DNA of 64,000 nt from Tubiluchus corallicola (Eukaryota; Animalia; Priapulida), in contig JAQGDQ010000636.1 of the NCBI GenBank assembly GCA_030141605.1, positions 1 to 64,000 of the forward strand, written 5' to 3'. Position 1 is the first letter of the stretch. Every line of letters starts with the position of its first letter. A program made the position numbers and the translations under genes. Of this stretch, positions 55,001 to 64,000 are shown one piece after another. Under the pieces are notes generated by a model. It searched no databases. It was not told the DNA's origin and worked only from the letters and a program-made list of their open reading frames with translations.

Positions 55001-58000
55001 GGCAGCTCTGGGGAAGGTGAGGATTGTGCGAGCGAAGAGAAGAGAAGGTCTTATTAGAGCCCGCTTACTCGGTGCAGCACATGCTAAAGCGACCGTATTG
55101 ACATACCTTGATAGTCATTGTGAATGCTGTGAAGGTGTGTACATGTAATGTAATGTAACGTATGTAACGTAACGTAAACATGCAATGTAACGTACGTAAT
55201 GTAATGTAAACATGTAATGTAAGGTGTTATAAACATATACAACTCATTTGTGAACAGCAAGTGTAATACTCAACTTTGCACACAACGACTGGTAGCAACA
55301 GTTGAAAATTACATCAGAGTTGAAAATACCATCATTAAGTCTTTCACAGTTCCAGGGACTGATGATGATTGTGAGAAGGTTAAAGGTTAAGTGTGCCAGA
55401 CAATGATGACAACTTGGTAACGCCTCACAGCCCAAACTGTTGTAATAGTAACAGTTTTAACAGCTAGCTAGAACCTTACCTAATTCATTTTTCTTGTTTC
55501 CAAGAAGGATGCTGTTAGTAAATCACTCTACACACGGACGAATGCATAATAAAATAATCCACATAAAACAACATAAGTTACTGAACAGATGCTGCACACA
55601 ACTTTGCTTTATCCGAACGTCGTGTGTCGGTTGTGATTAAGACTCGTTACTGTGGCATACTTAACCTTTGACCTGCAGCAAATTCATTTTTTCGCCATTA
55701 GGCCTATATTTTTCTTACCAATACCTAGCTGTAGCGGTTTCTCTTTCGTTAACGGTTAAGCCCGGCCATAATAAACATTGCAGAGTCAAAATCAAACCTT
55801 TTGACGACCTTGGGAGTTTCTCCTACATACTGAATCTGGTTAGCAGCTAAAGCAATAGGTTACAGGCAAAATTCATTGACAGGTCATTTGACAGTTGATA
55901 CAAACTGTTAGTACAGTGGCCGCCGCTTATTATGGACACGGTTATTGTGGACAGCCGGTTATTGTGGACAACTCGCGAGGGACGGAATTTTCCCCTAATA
56001 AAATCCGCCGGTTAATATGGACAACCGCCGCTTAATATGGACAGCGAACATTCTTGGCACGTGAACCAGCCGTGCGTGATTGAAAAGAGCTTCCCGCTCT
56101 GCTGCCTGTGTGAGTCATTGCATCAGTTAGTTCGTCGTTTGCCGTGGCCTTGAGAGCGTCGAAACTGTGATAACTTCCTTCCGTTCAAGGTTGAGAGAAA
56201 AGTTTCCTGCCAAACAAACTCGTCTGACTTCTTTTTTTCAATAAAACAGGAGACGAGTTGATACAGACAGTTTTTTGCCTTTTTTAATGAAGGGGAAGGG
56301 TCTTCATGGGTCACTTCGCTTAATATGGACAGCCGCTTAATATGGACATACACTGCTGGCCCGAGGTATCCACAATAAGCGGCGGCCACTGTAATACGAT
56401 AGTAGTGTTAGTAGTTTTGGACCAGATGGCTTAGTCTAGTGGTAATGTGTCTGCTTTCCGTCTGGGAGGTCATTTGTTCGAACCAGCGGCCGGGTCATAC
56501 CAATGACTTTAAAAATGGTGCCTGCTGTTGCCATGCCTGACGCGTGGTATTTAGGGTAAAACTGGGGTAATAATAGTCTCTGTTATGTAGTTGTAGGTTG
56601 TTATTTACAGTCGGCGATAATAGCTCTTTGAGCTAATGTTAATTGTTGACCCAAAAGCCGACTTTAAATAAAGATTATTATTATTATTATATTATATAGT
56701 CAGTCGGAAAGCAAAAATACGTATAATAAATGCACTGTTTACATTACCAGTGCATTTTTATAAGAGAATGGCACAGTATGAGCTGTTTTAATCCATTAAT
56801 TTAGTTTAAAATTTTGTTGGTCAAATAGAAATTTGCCTTGAGCAAAGTTGTTGTTAAAGCAAAACGGGTGGCGTTATGTGAGTCAAAGGTGTCAAATGAT
56901 TGGTGTCATTAAAACGAAACTTTGCCAAACGGGGAGCCATTAAGCGAAGACTTACTGTACTTTCTCTGGCAGGTTGGCTGACACCTCTGCTTGACAGAAT
57001 AGCCAGAAACTCTTCTACAGTCGTGACTCCAGTCATAGACGCCATTAATGATAACACTTTGGAGTATCACTATGGTCCTGCTTCGTCCATTGCTGTGGGC
57101 GGTTTTGACTGGGGCCTGCAGTTTAACTGGCATGCTCCACCTCCTCGGGAGAAAAATCGTAGGAAAAGTGAGGTCGATCCTCTTCAGTGGGTATTTTTTA
57201 GTTTTTATAGTTATAGAGATAAATGTTAACTAAACGAGGCGCTTATTGCATTTTTATTGCTGAATCTTTCCACCATTTTATTCAAACATTGAAATATAAA
57301 AGTCTTGGATGGCTTGACTTTTCCTTTAACCAAATTTGCAGTTTATTTCAATTGTATTGAATTGTAATTGATTGGTTTTTTTTAGATCACCTACTATGGC
57401 TGGGGGACTGTTTTCGATTGATCGAGCCTGGTTTGAAAGGATAGGTACTTATGATCCTGGATTTGATATATGGGGAGGGGAAAATTTAGAGCTCTCTTTT
57501 AAGGTAACTACGAAAGTTTAATTTTCCTAATAAATATGATTTTACATTATATAATTATAATAACGTAGAAAATTTTTTTCACAAGTTTATGAAGGCAGAG
57601 CCTGCGGTATAGAACATTATGCACTAGTTATACATTTAACAAAAACCATATATATATATATATATATAGGTAATGAATAAATAGACTGTTACCTCTTTGA
57701 CTGCTGTAAAAAAATGTTACCATTGATGATGACAGCAGTAACTCTGCCGAAACGTTAAACCTGATTTAAAAAATTGTGGTGTTTTGACTATAAATGCTTT
57801 TAAGTGCCTGTAATGGAGAATATTATAAATATGATAATTATTATAATTTCACGTTTAAACGACGATTATATATATATTCCTTCGTCCATTACTTTTATTT
57901 GTGTTTCAGTTTAATCATGCAAGCAGGTTAACTCCTTAAGGACCATCTGCTTTTTGCATGGGTTTAAGAAAAACTGCTGTCACTAAGCAGTGATTACTTT

Positions 58001-61000
58001 ATATTTGATAATATTTGTAATTTTCTACTTCCCACATAATACTTTTTCATGCAAAGTTAAATACAAAGTGCATTTGTTGACGTTAGATATATAGAAAATT
58101 GATTTTTCATGGAAAAGTTGAAAAAAGCTTTCAGCGACTGCCGTGTTTGCACTGTAACAATGTACAGTGACACTTGTCTAAAATTGGCTAACCCAAAAAA
58201 ATTCAACTATCCAGACACAACACACTGATACACTTTGGCCCCAAGTCCACTTTTATTTCAAGATGAAATTCCTGTTGAAAGACGAACGACCTTAATTTGT
58301 GCTTGGCTGATCGGTTGGTTTTTCCTGGCAGATGGTTTCTTTAGGCTGTAGCAACTAGGCGTTCAATAGGGTGTACGATCACGCAAGTGTACACAACGCT
58401 AAGCTACTAAATAGGCTAAGTTTGAGTTCCTGAAAAGAACGTGTTTCTCTTAATTTCATCCAATTAAATCACTTATAAATGCTTAAACAAATAGCATTAT
58501 TGGGTAGCCGTGATTCTCCAGATTAAAACGATATCCGATTTGTCATCATTTGGTTATGTCTGTGCTCATGCAGTAGCAGAAAAGTCGCATGTCTTAAGAG
58601 CAATTTTAATTTGTGCGGTCTCATTTTGGTGCGGACTTATTTTGATTGGCGCGGTCCTGAAGAAGTTAATAAGTATAATTTTGTTTATTTATAGACGTGG
58701 ATGTGTGGTGGCAGTCTAGAGATTATTCCATGTTCTCACGTGGGACATATCTTCCGAAAACGCGGCCCTTATAAATGGAGAACGGATATCAATGTTCTGA
58801 AGAAGAATTCTGTACGGCTAGCAGAAGTCTGGTTGGATGAGTACAAGACATATTTCTTTGAACGAATCAATAAGGACCTAGTAAGCGACCTGTATGCATA
58901 GTTGTGTTGCGAATTAGTATTTTGAAGTTTTGAAGTAACAGGGCATTTTATAGTTTCGTTGTGCGCACGGGAATTTGCTGCAGGTCACAGGTTAAGTGTG
59001 CCACAGTAACGAGTCTTAACCACAACCGTGACGTGACGTGTGGTTAAAGCAAATCCGTCCATAACATCAATTGTTTTACGTGATTATGCAGCGTGTAGAG
59101 TGATTTACTAGCAGGATCTTGCTTGTAAACAAGAGAAAATGAACTAGTTAAGGTTCTAGCTAGCTGTTAAAACTGTTACTATTACAACAGCCTGAATTGT
59201 CAAGTGCACACAAATATGTTGTCTGGTGCGCTTAAACTTTGACCTTTTCACGATCACCATCAAACGCTGGAACTGTGAAAAGGCTCATAGCAGCATTTAT
59301 ACAGTTCCAGCGCTGACAAACTGTTTGTGCATGTACCTTCTAAAACAGACGATAAACTAAAATTACAAAACAAATAAACAAAGAATCGATAGATGTATGA
59401 CATCAGACTGAATGGTATCACTGCTTTTATGGTATCAAGAAACTTTGTGCACATTAGACTCTTCTTAATTCATCATAGTCCTCGGCTCCAGTGTGCGGAA
59501 GTGGGCCCCAGTGTGCGGTAGTGGGGCTTCTCTCAAAACCCATTCTTGTGAATCACATCACAATCACTTTTAACAGTAAACCTTAAAAAGCTTCAAGCTC
59601 ACTGATGAACATTCTCTGTTTCACAGGGTGACTATGGTGACGTGTCGTCACGGAAACAACTGCGCAAGGATCTAAAATGTAAGACCTTTGATTGGTTTTT
59701 GAGAAATGTTTATCCAGAACAGTTTATACCTGGTGATTCTGTGGCATCAGGTGAGGTAAGCAACATGACTTTTGACCTTTTTTGGATTCTCTGCTCTGAA
59801 CCTTTTGAGAGAAATTACAAAAGGCTACATGTGTGATCTGGTTTTCCCTGAAATATTAGAAAAATATACGATCTATATAAAAGCTGTCTGGTTTTACTCG
59901 CCTCAGAGTAGTCATTTAAAAGTTAAAAAATTCCATGGGAAATAAATTTAAAATGAAAATTGATCATCTTTTACATAGTAGTAGCACACACCTTAGTTTG
60001 CTGGACCTCGCTTTTACAGATATCGGCAAAATCGGATATATTTTGGATAGTTAAAAGCCTGTATATTATTGACACCATCGTAGTATGCTAGAGGGTCGTC
60101 ACTTTGTTTACAACATTACATCAGTGTAACCAAGCAGCGTGTAATGACATTATGTCAGCATGTTACGTGGTTTAATCTGCATCAGAATTATAATCAATAG
60201 TGATGAGCTATTTGAGTCAATTGCCGACAGTTTTTAAATATTTTTCCATATGAGCAGCACATACTAGACGTCTTTGAAACAATTAGGTGAGTCTGATTTT
60301 TGAAACATAAATAAACATGAGTCTTTATTTATTATCGATAAAAACGAACATATTCGGTCCGACTTCGCCCCTCTTTTGTTCGCCGAACCAAGATATGAGT
60401 TAAATTTAGTATAAACTAGAGTATCTTTTTACTATAGGTTGCTATTTTTCACTACTCTTGCACGAAGCAGTTTTTCTAGTTGATCGCCTTGTGTCTTCAT
60501 GTTGTTCTGTTGTTTCTAGGTTCGTAATGCAGGTGATGGATCAGACTGGTGTCTAGACTGTGCTACTAATCAACTCTCTTTTCAGAAGCCCGTGTTAGTT
60601 TTTCAGTGCCATCGGCAAGGTGGCAACCAGGTATGTCTTAGTGAAGTTGAGCGCAAACAATTAGAACTGCAGGCAAAGAAAAGATGATAATTTGGTGCAT
60701 GGGACAATTTCTCGACTTCCTAATAATTATTTTTATTCATGTAACTACCTCAGAACCTCTTTTAAGGCACAATGGAGAGCAGGGCAGTCCAATCATGTGA
60801 TTTGTTTAAATGCTTTTAAGTGCATTACTGGGATAAAATTAAGAATAAAAACTTAAGCACTCCAAGTTATTATATTGATTAGCTTAGTAAGGTGTACACT
60901 TGCGTGATCGTACACACCAATTAATCGATTGCTAAAGACCAACCTGTGTGCAGTTTTGTTGCTATTCCAGGATAGATGTCTGCTATTGTTTAAACTGGTT

Positions 61001-62202
61001 TTGAGAAGCAGACAATATTAAACATTCACAGACAAAAGATGCTGCTTCTTTCTCAGGAATCAAATAAATATTTTTATAACATGTGCATCACTTTTGTTAT
61101 AGTTGTGGCATTTGACAAAAGATGGAGAAATTCGTAGAGACGATGCTTGTTTGGATTTTGCAGGCAAAGATGTTATAATTTACCCATGTCACGGCCAAAA
61201 AGGAAACCAATTGTGGAAGTATGATCCCAATGTGAGTTTCTGAATATGTTTGTAAACCGTCTACTGATTTTTGCTTTATTTAATTGTTATAATAATTATT
61301 ATTTCAATGATTTATCATCGCAGCGCCATCTTTGGTTGATTCATTTACTCTTTATTAGTGAGTGCTAATTACTCACCAACTCCTTCAAGACCATGTTACT
61401 CAAAATGGGCCTTATTAGAACTATGACTTTTCTGCTACTGTGTGAGCACAAAAATGACTAAACGATGGAAATTTTGTACTGTTCTGTTCGGGAGAATAAC
61501 AGTTATCCAATTAAGATATTTGTTTCAACATTTATAAGTGATTTAATTGGATAAAATTAGGAGAAACATGTCATTTTCAGGCTCTCTAACTTATCCTATT
61601 GAGTAGCTTAGTCTGGTGTGCACTTGCATGACCGTACACACTATTTTATTGATCACCTGCTTGCTACAGCCCAAGCTGTGCAGTGTTCTGTTGTTTCAGA
61701 AAAAAACCAAACAACCAGCCAAGGACAAATTAAGGTCGTTTCATCTCTTGAACGAATTTCTCATTAAAAGTAGGGTAGACTTGATCAGAGTGTTAATTGT
61801 GTCTGGATAGCTGAAATTTTCTGCATTAGCCGATTTCACACAAGTGTACTGCACATTGTTACAGTGCAAACACTGCAGCTATTGATAGAAAGCTCATTTC
61901 AATTTTTTCGTCAAAAACAAAACATAGAAAAATTATCAATATTATGTAACAGCTGCTGAGTGAGAGCAGTTTTTCATGAAGCCATGCAAAATACAGCAAA
62001 GTTTTACAGTCCTGAAAGAGTTGAGAACATCTTTGTCTGTCACAATTATTATTGATTGCAGGCAAATACAATCCGCCACGAGTTGAGTGGAAAGTGCATG
62101 GAGATGAAGACAAACCACAAACATGTCAGTATGGAGAACTGTGATCAAACTAATCCACGGCAACTTTGGGTCTTTGAAAAATACAAACACGAGAAATTAT
62201 AA
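52048..62202 (+). CDS. pgant9: Polypeptide N-acetylgalactosaminyltransferase copy 2 (GT27, pgant9/gly-5-like), ~672 aa, 11 coding exons
   Basis: Exons 52048-52532, 53122-53289, 53759-53931, 54970-55134, 56973-57186, 57386-57503, 58695-58880, 59627-59755, 60520-60630, 61103-61231, 62062-62202; same intron phases and motifs as copy 1; open frame. Confidence 0.92.
55914..56391. mobile_element. Tc1/mariner-pogo-type MITE
   Basis: TIRs CAGTGGCCGCCGCTTATT / AATAAGCGGCGGCCACTG, TA TSD, subterminal TGGACA repeats; empty site in copy 1 at ~39358. Confidence 0.93.
56419..56696 (+). mobile_element. tRNA-derived SINE (same family as 10272-10545)
   Basis: A and B boxes, core GGTCATACCAATGACTTTAAAAATGG, (TTA)n tail, TAGT flanks; empty site in copy 1 at ~39380. 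Confidence 0.85.
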
Positions 62203-63239
62203 CAAATTCAAACAATTTGTGATAAAATGAAGTGATCCACAGTTTTGAGATTTTGCGTTTGCAAGGAGTGTTCCTGTTGTTGTGGAAAGGGTTTCTGCAT
62301 CAGCACCGTACTAATCTCTCCCAAGCTGTCAAATATTAATCCGGAAAGTTTCGAAATCGTTAAGGAAGATCTATTTATCCGAGAGTAGCTTTCAGTTGTT
62401 TGTGTAGTTATTTTGTTATGTAAAATATTTTTGTAAAATAGATGTTTTGTTTGCTTGCCAGCATAGAACAAGGTGTTTCTGTATATTTGTGAGTTTGTGA
62501 ATAACTGTAAGATTTGAGAATGAAATTAACAATGCAAATTTCTTTCTGAGGTTTGCATGTTCACTCCCCGGGATAAGTCATAATGACACTGTAACAAATT
62601 AATTACTGTAACTCTCAATAAATGTAGACAGATTTGAGAATGAAATAAACTTTGCAAATTTCGTTCTTAGGTTCGCATGTTCAATTTAATAACTGTTCTG
62701 ATTACCCCCTCCCAATTCATTAGCAGCTTAAGCATACACACTTGTCAGCTTGTTCTTATATTTCTAGCACACTTGTCAGACTGTTCTATTTCAATTTAAT
62801 TGTGTTTGCTTTCCAATCATTGTAATTAAACTTTTTCTTAATTAATTTGATCAAGATTTTACTGAAAATTGCAAATTATTTTAATGAGATCAGTTCTAAA
62901 AGCTAAAGGCTAAAAAAGGGTGCGCCATCCTTTATTAACCGATAGATCTTCCGCAAAAATGACAAAAGATGTTTCTATACTTTTACAAAGTCTCAAAGCG
63001 TTTCGCAAGTATGAAGCAAAAGCCTGTTAAATAGCAGTTGTTGGGCAACCTATACATATTGTACATACAAATAGCTAAAACTGCCGTAAACTAAAATATG
63101 ATTGTTATGTTTACCCTATTAGCTACATTTTAATTTCTGATATCATTATTTATATCTATTATTGTTATTATCTTGCCCTGTTGCTAACGTAGAGGTCGTC
63201 AAAAAGGTTTGGAATAGCATGACGACCATAGTTATTAGC

Positions 63240-63265
63240 TGTGATCGCCGCCATCTTAGATAAGG
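63240..63265 (-). promoter_or_regulatory. YY1-like motif, possible nearby promoter
   Basis: CGCCGCCATCTT matches the YY1 consensus; no gene body is visible. Confidence 0.25.
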
Positions 63266-64000
63266 GGAGATGAGATTATCTCTACATTTGTTATGAAAGT
63301 TTGTAAATGTCTCATTGTGATACTTTTCTTGTTTTGTAGTTTCTTCAAAACGCTAAAATTTTTTGACTTTAAATCTTCAGCAAGAGGTAATATCTCGGTT
63401 TTTAGGGTGGACAAGTAAGATGCCCGCAGTACAACGTATTTACTAAAAAGTAGAAGTGTACATTATGTTGGGAGCGGAGTGGGACACTTACCGAAGTAGA
63501 ACAATTGGTGTCCATGGGCTGCCCAAGTAGGACACTAGGGTCATGTCACGAACTGAGTGGTTAACCGTAACAGCGGCGTCCGTTGCCCTTGTTTATTTAT
63601 TAATAATAATTGAAAATGTCGATACACTTTGAATAATTTATTAATTATACATGTGATAAAATAATCTTATTCTGAACTAGTAGACCGGCCAGTATTAGAC
63701 TTGGTTCCGATATTAACCTTTTTAAAAGTCAAATAAGCCTGCTTTTTAGGCGATTCCAACATTGCTTAAGGTATATCATTTTTTATTTTTTCTCGCTTCA
63801 GAGACTGGTAATCTGTTTCATTACGTGTTGGACAAATAATTGTTTTCTACTAATCAAACGAGCTAGCGATCTATGTGCCCTACATAGTTTCACACTTTGA
63901 AATACTAAGTACTTAGTTTAATGTTATGATGATATTAATGGAGCTATAATAATGATGATATTGTTGTAAAAATACATTCGTAAATCGTTAAAAACTATTC

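Overview
AT-rich, intron-containing animal (bilaterian invertebrate) genomic DNA; the 5S rRNA-derived segment resembles lophotrochozoan 5S, which is inference only. Left half (1-30.3 kb): a cluster of tandem C2H2 zinc-finger genes, each CDS in one large exon. Two are on the minus strand inside a ~8.5 kb tandem duplication whose joints fall in (ACT)n microsatellites; one is divergent on the plus strand. They sit among LINEs (old CR1-like remnants, a young CR1/L2-group copy, a young RTE), a SINE, a hAT MITE, a candidate solo LTR and minisatellites. Right half (32-62.3 kb): two intact, head-to-tail, 11-coding-exon polypeptide GalNAc-transferase genes (pgant9/gly-5-like), with TE-rich introns. Most interesting: (1) the ZF exon cassettes appear duplicated without a promoter and may be alternative last exons of one transcription unit; (2) reshuffled finger arrays behind an identical SUMO-motif N-terminus; (3) GALNT paralog divergence focused on the lectin alpha loop and acceptor-binding loops; (4) a TSD-flanked 5S rRNA-headed retroposon with an RTE-like body; (5) a 9-copy array of CTCF-like motifs; (6) Penelope-type hammerhead remnants. 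All coordinates were read by eye and no database searches were run.
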